64,000 nt of DNA from Camelus ferus. Lineage: Eukaryota. The stretch is taken from contig NC_045697.1 of assembly GCF_009834535.1 (NCBI RefSeq), positions 120,406,001-120,470,000 on the forward strand. The letters run 5' to 3'. The translations under genes were made by a program, and so were the position numbers. Position 1 is the first letter of the stretch. Each line of letters opens with the position of its first letter. Under the pieces are notes generated by a model, which saw only the letters and a list, made by a program, of their open reading frames with translations, was not told the origin of the DNA and ran no database searches. This document shows, piece by piece, positions 11,401-23,790 of this stretch.

Positions 11401-14400
11401 AAACACAGTAAGGCATATATCTGGTGTGCAGGTGTTCGCAGGATGGGAAATGTTGGCTAATTACCTCCACTGCCCATGGGGAAGCACTCTATTCTTCTTC
11501 GATATCCAGCCCTAATCCTAGCATTCCCTTGCAGCCCGACCATGGAAAACACCCAGGGATGACAAACTAAATCATTCTATAAGAACCAGGGCGCTGCTGT
11601 ATGTTGGAGGAACCTCAAAACACTCAGGATTCCGGAACACGGATTTGCTTGGTGTGAATTGTGAAGCCCCAAAGCACACTCATTACTGGGGCCCAAGATT
11701 TTCCCTTTTAGGGCCAAGTCCGCTAATTACCACCATAGTCTATCTCGGGGCACTCTCTGCTGCTTGGATTTCCAGCCCAAACCCAAACTTTCACACGCAC
11801 CCCGGCCTGGGAATACACACAGGGAAAATATGTTATTGGTTATAACGGAACCCAGTCTCTACCTACAGTTGTAGGTACCTTCCCACAACTAGGATAAAAG
11901 AAAAAACATTTGTGTGTCTGATGGAGATGGGAAAAACAAACTCCAAGCATATATCAGGGGGCTTAGTTGCTCCAAGGTTGGGGGACGTCGGAAAATTACC
12001 TCAAATTGTCATGGGGAGTAACTCGCTGCTGCTACGAATTACAGCCAAGCCCACAGTTTTACCTCACAGCCAGGCCTGTGAAAACACTCACGGAAAACAA
12101 AATACTGGTGCTACTAGAACCCAGGCGATGCTGAAAGATGTAGAATCCTCCCCACACTCAGGATAGCAGAACAAATTTTTGTGTGTGTGATGGTGTAGGA
12201 AAATACACTCCAGGCATGTTTCTGGGGGTACAGCTGTTCCCAGGTTTGGAGATGTCACCTAATTACCTCCACTTCCCATGGGGAGGCAATCTATACTTCT
12301 TCGCTTTCCAGACCAACTCCTAGGTTACCTTTGAAGCCCGGCCTAAGAATTCACCTAGGGATGACAATATTAGTGATTCTATCAGAACCCCCGCTCTGCT
12401 GCCTTTTGGAGGTACAACACACACTCAAAATTCCGGAACATGGCTTTGCTTGGTGGAGGTGTGGAGACCAACTCCACAAGATGACTGGGGGCACATTTTC
12501 TCTCTGTTTTGGAGAAGTCCGCTAATTAACTCTACAGTCAATTTCTGGGCAATCCTTGCTACTTGGCTTTCCAGCCGAACCCCCATTTTCCCTCGCAGCC
12601 CGCCCTGGAAAACACTCAGAGATTATAAGCTAGTGTTTCTATTGGAACCAAGGCACTGCAGACCGTTGTAGGAAGCTCCACACACGAAGGATAACAGAAC
12701 ACCTTTTTCTGTCTGATTGAGATGGTAAAAACTCCACGCATGTTTCAGGGGGTACAGGTTTTCCTAGATTGGGGGAGGTCAGATTATTCCCATTAATGCC
12801 CATGTGGAGGTAATCGCTCCTGCTTGGATTTCCATCCCATCCCCCAGTTTCCCTTGCAACCAGGTCAGAGAAAACAGTCATGAAATTTAGCTAAAATTTC
12901 TATTAGAACCCAGGCGCTGCTGACAGTTGTAGAAACCTCCCCATACACAGGGTAACAGAACACTTCTTTGTGTGTGTGATGGAGTAGGAAAACACTGTCC
13001 ATGCATGTTCCCGGGGTGCAAGTGTAACCAAGTTGGGAGACGTTGGCTAAGTATCTCCGCAGCGCATGTGAAGGCACTCAGTTTTCTTCGTTTTCAAGCC
13101 CAACACCCAGCATTCCCTTGCAGCCCGGACAAGTGAAACACCCAGGGATGAAAAACTAAGTGATTCTATCAGTACCACGGCGCTGCTGTCTGTTGGAGGT
13201 ACCTCCACACACACAGGATTAACAAACAAGTCTTTACTTGGGGGAATTGTGAAGCCCCACTCCACACACATGGCTGGGGTCACAAGTTTTCCCTGTAAGG
13301 TAGAATTCCGCTAATTACCTCTACAGACCATCGTGGGGCACTCGTTGCTACTTGGAATTCCATCCCAACCCCCAGGTTTCCCTTGCAGCCCGGCCTGGGG
13401 AAACAAAAATGGAAAAGAATCTATAGGTTCTAATAGTACACATGCGCTGCTGAAAATTGTGAAAAACTTCGAACACTCATGGTAACAGAGCACATCTTTC
13501 TCTGTGTGATGCAGTAGTAAAACACAATCCAGGCATTTTTATGGGGATCCAGTTATTCCCATGTTGGGAGATGTCGGCTAGTTTCCTTCACTGCCCATGG
13601 GGATGCATTGACTTCTTCTTCGTTTTCAAGCCCAACTCCCAACTTTCCCTTGCATCCCGGTCTTGTATTATACCCAGGGATGACATTCTAATTGATTTTA
13701 TCAGAGCTACGATGCTGCTGTCTTTTTTAGGAACTTCCAGAATCTTAGGATTCTGGATCACGGCTATGCTTGGGGGTAGGTATGGAGATGCAAACCACAG
13801 AGATGGCTGGGGGCTCAGGTTTTTCCCTGTTAGGGAGATGTCCGCTAATTACCTCCACAGTCCATCTCGGGTCACTCACTGCTACATGGCTTTCCAGCGC
13901 AAGTGCAGCTTTCCTTCGAAGGCCGGCCTGGGAAAACAATCAGGGATAATAAGCCAGTGGTTCTATTGGAACCCAGGTGCTGCAGAACATTGTAGGATAC
14001 TCCCCACACCCAGGAAAAAAGAACACTTTTTGTGTGTCTCATGCAGTTTGGTAAACAAACTCCACCAGTTTTCCAGGGGGTTAAGGTGTTCCTAGTTAAT
14101 GGGATTTCGTGTAATTCCCTCCAATGCCCATGGGGAGGCACTCGCTCCTGCATGGATTTCCAGCCCAACCCCCAGCTTTCCCTCTCAGCCCGGCCTGGGA
14201 AATCACTCAGGGATAATATGCTATTGGTTTTATTGGAACCCAGTGGCTACCTAAAGTTGTAGGCTCCTTCCCACATCTGGGATAACAGAAGAAATCTTTG
14301 TTTGTCTGATGGAGATGGGTAAACAAACTCCACGCATGTTTCAGGGGGCACAGGTGTTCCAAGGCTGTGGGACGTCGGAAAATAACCTCAAATTCTCCTG

Positions 14401-16982
14401 GGGTGTATCTCACTGCTTCTACAAATTACAGCCAAACCCACAGATTTACCTCGCAGCTAGGCGTGTGAAAACACTCACGGAAAATAAAATACTGATGCTA
14501 TTAGAACCCAGGCCCTGCTGATATTTGTATAATCCTCCCCACTCTCAGGATAGCAGAACACATCTTTGTGTGTTTGATAGTGGAGAAAAATACACTCCAG
14601 GCATATTTCTGGTGGTACAGCTTTTCCCAGGATTGGAGATGTCGCCAAATTACCTCCACTGTCAATGGGGAGGCAATCTATACTTCTTCGCTTTGCAGAC
14701 CATCTCCCAAACTTCCTTACAGCCTGGCCTAAGAAAACACCTAGGGATGACAATATTAGAGATTCTATGAGAAACCCGGCGCTGCTGTCTGTTGGAGGTA
14801 CAAAACAGACTCAAAATTCCGGAGCAAGTATTTGCTTGGGGGAGGTGTAGAGCCCCACACCACACAGATGCCTGGAGTCACAGATTTTCCTTGTTTATGA
14901 GAAGTCTGCTAATTACCTCTGCAGTCAATCTCTGGGCAGTCATTTCTACTTGGCTTTCCAGGCGAACCCCCAGGTTTCCCTCGCAGCCCGCCCTGGTAAA
15001 CACTCAGAAATAATAAGTAAATTGTTCTATTGGAACACAAGCACTGCAGACCGTTGTAGGAACCTCCGCACACGCAGGATAACAGAAAAAATTTTTTGTG
15101 TCTCATTGAGATGGTAAAAGCTCCACGCATGTTTCAGGGTGTACTGGTGTTCCTAGGTTGTGGGAGGTCAGATACATCCCACTACAGCCCATGGGGAAAT
15201 ACTCACTCCTGCTTGGCTTTCCAGCCCATACCCCAGTTCCTATGCAACCCAGCCTGAGAAAACAATCAGGAAATATAGCTAAATTTTCTATCAGGACCCC
15301 GGTGCTGCAGTCTGTTTTAGGAACTTCCACACACACAGGATTCCCAAACACGACTTTGCTTGGAAGAATTTTGAAGCCCCAATCCACACACATGGCTGGG
15401 GGAACAAGTTTTTCCCTGTTAGGGAGAAGTCCGCTAATTAGCTCTACAGTCCATCTCGGGCACCCTCTGCTACTTGGAATTCCAGCCCAACCCCCATGTT
15501 TCCTTTGCAGCCCGGCCTGGTGTAACACAGAGGGAAAAGTAGCTATTGGTGCTATTTGAACCCATGCCAGGCTGACAATTGTGGAAACCTTCGAACACTC
15601 AGGATAACAGAACATATCTTTCTGTGTGTGATGGAGTAGGAAAACACACTCCAGGCATTTTCCTGGGGATCCAGGTTTTCCCAGGTTGGGAGATGTCGGC
15701 TAGATTCCTTCAGGGCCCATGGGGGGGCACTGTATTCTTCTTCATTTTCAAGCCCAACTCCCAGCTTTCCCTTGCAGCCCGGACAAGTGAAACACCCATG
15801 GATGACAAATAAGTGATTCTGTCACAACCACGGCGTTGCTGTCTGTTGGAGGAACCTCCAAACCTTCAGGATTCTGGAACACGTCTTTGAGTGTGGGGAG
15901 TTGTGGAACCCCAATCCACGCAGATGGATGGGGTCACAGAAATGTCCCTGTTAGGGAGAAGTCCGCTAATAACCCCCACAGTGCATCTTGGGGCACTCGC
16001 TGCTTCTTAGATTTTCAGTCTATCCCCCAGTTTTCACTCGCAGCCCGGCCTTGAAAACACTCAGTGCTAATAATCTAGGTTTCTATTGGAACCCAGGTGC
16101 TGCAGACAATTGTAGGAACCTCCCCACACTCAGAATAACAGAACAATACTTTGAGTGTCTGATTTAGATGGGTAAACTAAATCATCGCTTGTTTGAAGTT
16201 GTATAGGCGTACCTCGGTTGTGGGAAGTCGGATATTTACATCCACTGTCCATGGTGAGTCCCTTGAAGTTGCTTGGATTCCATCCCAACCCCCAGCGTTC
16301 CTTCGCATCCCGGCCTGTGAATACACTCAGGGAAAAAAGCTACAGTTTCTATAAGAACTAAGGCGCTCCTGACAGTTGTAGAAACCTCCCTACACTAAGG
16401 AAAACAGAACACTTCTTTGTGTGTGTGATGGAGTAGGAAAACACAGTAAGGCATGTCTCTGGGGTGCAGGTGTTCGCAGGATGGGAAATGTTGGTTAATT
16501 ACATCCACTGCCCATGGGGAAGCACTCTATTCTTCTTCGATATCCAGGCCTAATCCTAGCATTCCCTTGCAGCCCGACCGTGGAAAACACCCAGGGATGA
16601 CAAACTAAATCATTCTATCAGAACCAGGGCGCTGCTGTATGTTGGAGGAATATCCAAACACTCAGGATTAACAAACACGTCTTTGCTTGGTGCGAATTGT
16701 GAATCCCCAAAGCACACTCATTGCTGGGGCCCAAGATTTTCCATTTTAGGGCCAATTCCGCTAAATTGCTCCATAGTCCATCTCGGGGCAACCGCTGCTA
16801 CTTGGATTACCAGCCCAAACCATAGATTTCCCTCACAGCCCGTCCCTGGGAAACACACAGGGAAAAGAATCTACAGGTGCTATTAGAACAAATGCTCTGC
16901 TGACAATTTTGGAAAACTTCGAACACTCATGATAACAGAGCACATCTTTCTGTGTGTGATGGAGTAGTTAAACACACACCAG
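8492..16982 (+). repeat. Satellite A 32-monomer HOR, copy 2
   Basis: Colinear with 1-8491 at a constant offset. About 20 substitutions were seen by eye and no net indel. Confidence 0.95.
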
Positions 16983-18590
16983 GCATTTTTCTGGGTATCC
17001 AGTTTTTCCCAGGTTGGGAGATGTCGACTAGATTCCTTCAATGCCCATGTAGATGCATTGAATTCTTCTTCGTTTTCAAGCCCAACTCCCAAATTTCCCT
17101 TGAATCCCGGTCTTGGATTATACCGAAGGATGACAGTCTAAGTGATTTTATCAGATCTACGGTGCTGCTGTATTTTGTAGGAAATTCCATACACATAGGA
17201 TACTGGATCACGGCTTGGTTTGCGGGTAGCTTTGGAGTCCCACACCACATAGATGGCTGGGGGCACAGGTTTTTCCCTGTTAGGGAGATGTCCGCTAATT
17301 ACCTCCACAGTCCATCTCGGGTCACTCGCTGCTACATAGCTTTCCAGCGCAATCGCAGCATTCCCTCGCAGGCCGGCCTGGGAAAAAAATCAGGGAAAAT
17401 AAGCCAGTGGTTCTATTGGAACCCAGGTGCTGCAGAACATTGTAGGATACTCCCCACAACCAGGAAAAGAGAACACTTCTTTGTGTGTCTCATGCAGTTT
17501 GGTAAACAAACTCCACGCATGTTTCAGGGGGTTAAGGTGTTCCTAGTTAGTGGGATTTCGGGTAATTACCTCCAATGCCCATGGGGAGGCACTCGCTCCT
17601 GCTTGTCTTTCCAGCCAAACCCCCAGTTTTCCCTCTCAGCCCGGCTTGGGAAAACACTCAGGGATAATATGCTATTGGTTGTATTGGAACACAGGCGCTA
17701 CCTACAGTTGTAGGCTCCTTCCCACATCTGGGATAACAGAAGAAATCTTTGTGTGTCTGATGGAGATGGGTAAACAAACTCCACGCATGTTTCAGGGGGC
17801 ACAGGTGTTCCAAGGCTGTGGGAGGTCGGAAAATTACCTCAAATTCTAATGGGGTGTATCTCACTGCTGCTACATATTACAGCCAAGCCCACAGGTTTAC
17901 TTCGCAGCTAGGCATGTGAAAACACTCACGGAAAAGAATAGACTGCTGCTATTAGAACCCAGGCGCTGCTGATATTTGTAGAATCCTCCCCACACTCAGG
18001 ATATCAGAACACATCTTTGTGTGTGTGATGGTGTAGAAAAATACACTCCAGTCATTTTCCTGGTGGCACAGCTGTTCCCAGGTTTGGAGATGTCGCCAAA
18101 ATACCTCCACTGCCAATGGGGAGGCAATCTATACTTCTTCGCTTTGCAGACAATCTCCCAAATTTCCCTTACAGTCCGGCCTAAGAAAACACCTAGTGAT
18201 GGCAATATTAGTGATTCTATGAGAAACACGGCGCTGCTGTCTGTTGGAAGTACAACACAGACTCAAAACTCCAGAGCAAGGATTTGCTTGGGGGAGGTGT
18301 GGAGCCCCACACCACACAGATGACTGTGGTCACAGATATTCCTTGATTATTACAAGTCTGCTAATTAACTCTACAGTCAATCTCTGGGCACTCGTTGCTA
18401 CTTGGCTTTCCAGCTGAACCGCCAGCTTTCCCTCGAAGCCCGCCCTGGAAAACACTCAGAGATTCTAAGTTAATGGTTCTATTGGAACACAAGCACTGCA
18501 GACCATTGTAGGAACCTCCGCACACGCAGGATAACAGAAAAATTTTTTGTGTCTCATTGAGATGGTAAAAGCTCCACGCATGTTTCAGGG
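16983..18590 (+). repeat. Satellite A 32-mer HOR, partial copy 3 (about the first 6 monomers)
   Basis: Matches 1-~1430 essentially exactly. The first private substitutions are at ~18415 and ~18436, and divergence is dense from ~18591. Confidence 0.9.
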
Positions 18591-21500
18591 CGTACTGGTA
18601 TTCCTAGGTTGTGGGAGGTCAGATATATCCCACTACAGCCCATGGGGATGTATTCGCTCCTGCTTGGCTTTGCAGCCCATCCCGAGTTTCCTATGCAACC
18701 CAGCCTGAGAAAACAATCAGGAAATGTAGCTAAAGTTTATATCAGAACCACGGTGCTGCAGTCTGTTGTAGGAACTTCCACACACACAGAATTCCCAAAC
18801 ACGGCTTTGCTTGGAAGAGTTTTGAAGCCCCAATCCACACACATGGCTGGGGGCACAAGTTTTTCCCTGTTAGGGAGAAGTCCGCTAATTAGCTCTACAG
18901 TCCATCTTGGGCACCCGCTGCTCCTTGGAATTCCAGACCAACCCACATGGTTCCCTTGCAGCCCGGCCTGGGGTAACACAGAGGGAAAAGAAGATATAGG
19001 TGCTATTCGAACCCATGCCCTGCTGACAATTGTGGAAAACTTCGAACACTCAGGATAACAGAACATATCTTTCTGTGTGTGATGGAGTAGGAAAACACAC
19101 TCCAGGCATTTTTCTGGGATCCAGGTTTTCCCAGGTTGGGATATGTCGGCTAGATTACTTCTGTGCCTATGCGGTGGCACTGTCTTCTTCTTCGTTTTCA
19201 AGCCCAACTCCCAGCATTCCCTTGCAGCCCGGACAAGTGAAACACCCATGGATGACAAATAAGTGATACTATCAGAACACCGGCGTTGCAGTCTCTTCGA
19301 GGAACATCCAAACCTTCAGGATTCTGGAACACGTCTTTGAGTGTGGGGAGTTGTGGAACCGCAATCCACGCAGATGGATGGGGTCACAGATTTGTCCCTG
19401 TTAGGGAGAAGTCTGTTAATTACCTCCACACTGCATCTTGGGGCACTCGCTGCTTCTTAGTTTTTCAGTCTATCCCCCAGTATTCCCTCGCAGCCCGGGC
19501 TTGTAAAACACTCAATGATAATAAGCTAGGTTTCTATTGGAACCCAGGTGCTGCAGACAATTGTAGGAACTTCCCCACACTCAGAATTACAGAACAATAC
19601 TTAGAGTGTCTGATTTAGATGGGTAAACTAAATCCACGCATGTTTAAGGTTGTATAGGGGTTCCTAGGTTGTGGGAGGTCGGATATTTACATCCACTGTC
19701 CATGGGGAGTCCCTTGCAGTTGCTTGGATTCCAGCCCAACCCCCATAGTTCCCTCGCATCCCCGCCTGTGAAAACACTCATGGAAAAAAGCTACAGTTTC
19801 TATAAGAACTAAGGCGATCCTGACAGTTGTAGAAACCTCCCTACACTAAGGAAAACAGAACACAGCTTTGTGTGTGTGATGGAGTAGGAAAACACCGTAA
19901 GGCATGTCCCTGGGGTGCAGGTGTTCGCAGGATGTGAAATGTTGGCTAATTACCTCCACTGCCCTTGTGGAAGCACTCTATTCTTCTTCGATATCCAGCC
20001 CTAATCCTAGCATTCCCTTGCAGACCGACCATGGAAAACACCCAGTGATGACAATCTAAGTCTTTCTATCAGAACCAGGGCGCTGCTGTATGTTGGAGGA
20101 ACCTCCAAACACTCAGGATTCCGGAACACGAATTTGCTTGGTGCGAATTGTGAAGCCCCACAGCACACTCATTACTGGGGCCCAAGATTTTCCCTTTTAG
20201 GGCCAAGTCCGCTAATTACCACCATAGTCTATCTCGGGGCACTCTCTGCTACTTGGATTTCCATTCCAAACCCTAGCTTACCCTCACAGTCCGGCCTGGG
20301 AAAACACACAGGGAATATATGTTATTGGTTGTAATGGAACCCAGTCTCTAATTACCGTTGTAGGAACCTTCCCACTATTAGGATAAAAGAAGAAACATTT
20401 GTGTGTCTGATGGAGATGGGTAAACAAACTCCAAGATTTTATCATGGGGCTTAATTGTTCCAAGGCTTTGGGACGTCGGAAAATTACCTCAAATCTCATG
20501 GGGAGTAGCTCGCTGCTGCTACGAATTACAGCCAAGCCCACAGATTTACCTCGCAGCCAGGCCTGTGAAAACACTCACGGAAAACAAAATACTGGTGCTT
20601 CTAGAACCCAGGCGCTACTGAAAGCTGTAGAATCCTCCCCACACTCAGGATAGCAGAACAAATTTTTGGGTTTTTGATGGTGTAGGAAAATAAACTCCAG
20701 GCATTTTTCTGGGGGTTCAGCTGTTCCCAGGTTTGGAGATGTCGCCTAACTACCTCCACTTCCAATGGGGAGGCAATCTATACCTCTTCGCTTTCCAGAC
20801 CAACTCTTAGCATTCCTATGAAGCCCGGCCTAAGTATTCACCTAGTGATGACAATAATAGTGATTCTATCAGAAACCCCTCTCTGCTGTCTGTTGAAGGT
20901 ACAACACACACTCAAAATTCTGGAACATGGCTTTGCTTGGTGGAGGTGTGGAGACCAACAAAACAAGATGCCTGGGGGCACAGTTTCTCTCTGTTTGGGA
21001 GAAGTCCGCTAATTACCTCCACATTCAATTTCTGGGCAATCATTGCTACTTGGCTTTCCAGCCAAATCCCCAGTTTCTCTCGCAGCCCTCCATGGAAAAC
21101 ACTCTGAGATTATAAGCTAGTGTTTCTATTGGAACCCAGGCACTGCAGACCATTGTAGGAAGCTCCGCACTCGAATAATAACAGAACACTTTTTTGTGTC
21201 TGATTGAGATGGTAAAAACTCCACGCATGTTTCAGGGGGTACAGCTTTTCCTAAGTTGGGGGAGGTCAGATTATTCCCATTAATGCCCATGTGGAGGTAA
21301 TCGCTCCTGCTTGGATTTCCATCCCATCCCCCAGTTTCCCTTGCAACCCAGTCAGAGAAAACAGTCATGAAATTTAGCTAAAGTTTCTATTAGAACCCAG
21401 GCGCTGCTGACAGTTGTAGAAACCTCCCCATACTCAGAGTAACAGAACACTGCATTGTGTGTGTGATGGAGTAGGAAAACACTGCCCATGCATGTTCACG

Positions 21501-23790
21501 GGGTGCAGGTTTAACCAAGTTGGGAGACGTTGGCTAAGTATCTCCACAGCGCATGGCGATGCACTCTGTTTTCTTCGTTTTCCAGCCCTATTCACAGTTT
21601 TCCCTTGCAGCCCGGGTTAGGAAAACACCCAGGGATGACAAACTAAGTGATTCTATCAGTACACCGGCGCTGCTGTATGTTGGAGGAACCTCCACACACA
21701 CAGGATTAACAAACACGTCTTTGCTAGGGGGAATTTTGAAGCCCCACTCCACACACATGGCTGGGGTCACAAGTTTTTCCCTGTTAGGTAGAAGTCCGCT
21801 AATTACCTCTACAGGCAATCGTGGGTCACTCGCTGCTACTTGGATTTCCATCCCCACCCCCACTTTTCCCTTGCAGCCCGGCCTGGGGAAACACACAGTG
21901 AAAAGAATCTACTGGTGCTATTAGAACACATGCTCTGCTGATATTTGTGGAAAACTTCGAACACTCATGGTAACAGAGCACATCTTTCTGTGTGTGATGC
22001 AGTGGTAAAACACACTCCAGGCATTTTTCTGGGGATCCAGTTTTTCCCAGGTTGGGAGATGTCGGCTAGATTCCTTCATAGCCCATGGGGATGCATTGAC
22101 TTCTTCTTCGTTTTCAAGCCCAACTCGCAACTTTCCCTTGCATCCCGGTCTTGGATTATACCCAGGGATGACAGTCTAAATGATTTTATTAGAGCTACGA
22201 TGCTGCTGTGTTTTTTAGGAACTTCCAGACACTTATGATTCTGGATCACGGCTTTGCTTCGGGTTAGCTTTGAAGACCCACACCACAGAGATGGCTGGGG
22301 GCACAGGTTTTTCCCTGTTAGGGAGATGTCCGCTAATTAACTCCACAGTCCATCTCGGGTCACTCACTGCTACAAGGATTTCCAGCGCAAGCGCAGCTTT
22401 CCCTCGCAGGCCGGCCTGGGAAAACAATCAGGGATAATAAGCCAGTGGTTCTATTGGAACCCAGGTGCTGCAGAACATTGTAGGATACTCCCCGCACCCA
22501 GGAAAAGAGAACACTTTTTGTGTGCCTCATGCAGTTTGGTAAACAATCTCCACGCATGTTTCAGTGGGTTAAGGTGTTCCTAGTTAGTGGGAGTTCTGTT
22601 AATTCCCTCCAATTCCCATGGGGAAGCACTCGCTCCTGGTTGGCTTTCCAGCCCAACCCCCAGCTTTCCCTCTCAGCCAGTCCTGGGAAAACACTCAGGG
22701 ATAATATGCTATTGGTTGTATTGGAACCAAGTGGCTACCTACCGTTGTAGGCTCATTCCCACATCTGGGATAACAGAAGAAATCTTTGTGTGTCTGATGG
22801 AGATGGGTAAACAAACTCCACGCATGTTTCAGGGGGCACAGGTGTTCCAAGGATGTTGGACGTCGGAAAATTTCCTCAAATTCTCATAGGGATTATCTCA
22901 CTGCTGCTACGAATTACAGCCAAACCCACAGCTTTACCTCGCAGCTAGGCATGTGACAACACTCACGGAATAATAAAAATACTGGTTCTATTAGAACCCA
23001 GGCGCTGCTGATATTTGCAGTATCCTCCCCACTCTCAGGATAGCAGAAAAAATTTTTTTGTGCGTGATGGTGCAGAAAAATACACTCCAGGCATTTTTCT
23101 GGGTGTACAGCTATTCCCAGGTTTGGAGATGTCGCCTAATTTCCTCCACTGCCAATGGGGAGGCAATCTATATTTCTTCGCTTTGCGGACCATCTCCCAA
23201 ATTTCCCTTACAGCCCGGCCTAAGAAAACACCTAGGGATGACAATATTAGTGATTCTATGAGAAACCCGGCGCTGCTGTCTGTTGGAGGTACAACACAGA
23301 CTCAAAATTCCGGAGCAAGTATTTGTTTGGGGGAGGTGTGGAGCCCCACACCACACAGATGCCTGGGGTCACAGATTTTCCTTGTTTATGAGAAGTCTGC
23401 TAATTACCTCTACAGTGAATCTCTGGGCACTCGTTTCTACTTGGCTTTCCAGCCGAACCCCCAACTTTCCCTCGCAGCCCGCCCTGGAAAACTCTCAGAG
23501 ATAATTAGTTAATGGTTCTATTGGAACACAAGCACTGCAGACCATTGTGGGAACCTCCACACACGCAGGATAACAGAAAATTTTTTTGTGTCTCATTGAA
23601 ATGGTAAAAGCTCCACGCATGTTTCAGGTTGTACTGGTTTTCCTAGGTTGTCGGAGGTCAGATATATCCCACTACAGCCCATGGGGAAGTACTCGCTCCT
23701 GCTTGGCTTTCCAGCCAATCCCCCAAATTCCTATGCATCCCAGCCAGAGAAAACAATCAGGAAATTTAGCTAAAGTTTCTATCAGAACCC
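18591..23790 (+). repeat. Diverged 19-monomer (~5.04 kb) HOR layer of satellite A
   Basis: Monomer order continues as in 1609-5040 but with many substitutions (ORFs 19286, 20134, 20818 and 21126 parallel 2305, 3154, 3840 and 4148). A new unit starts at 22021 (GCATTTTTCTGGGGATCCAG), 5038 bp after 16983, and follows monomers 1-7 until ~23790. Confidence 0.88.

Noticed and set aside
21611..21625. Possible CENP-B box (CCCGGGTTAGGAAAA and related CCCGG...GAAAA or TTCG motifs)
   Set aside because: It does not satisfy the core TTCGNNNNANNCGGG (reverse CCCGNNTNNNNCGAA), since two essential positions mismatch. No exact box was seen by eye in either satellite, though a regex scan is needed to be sure.
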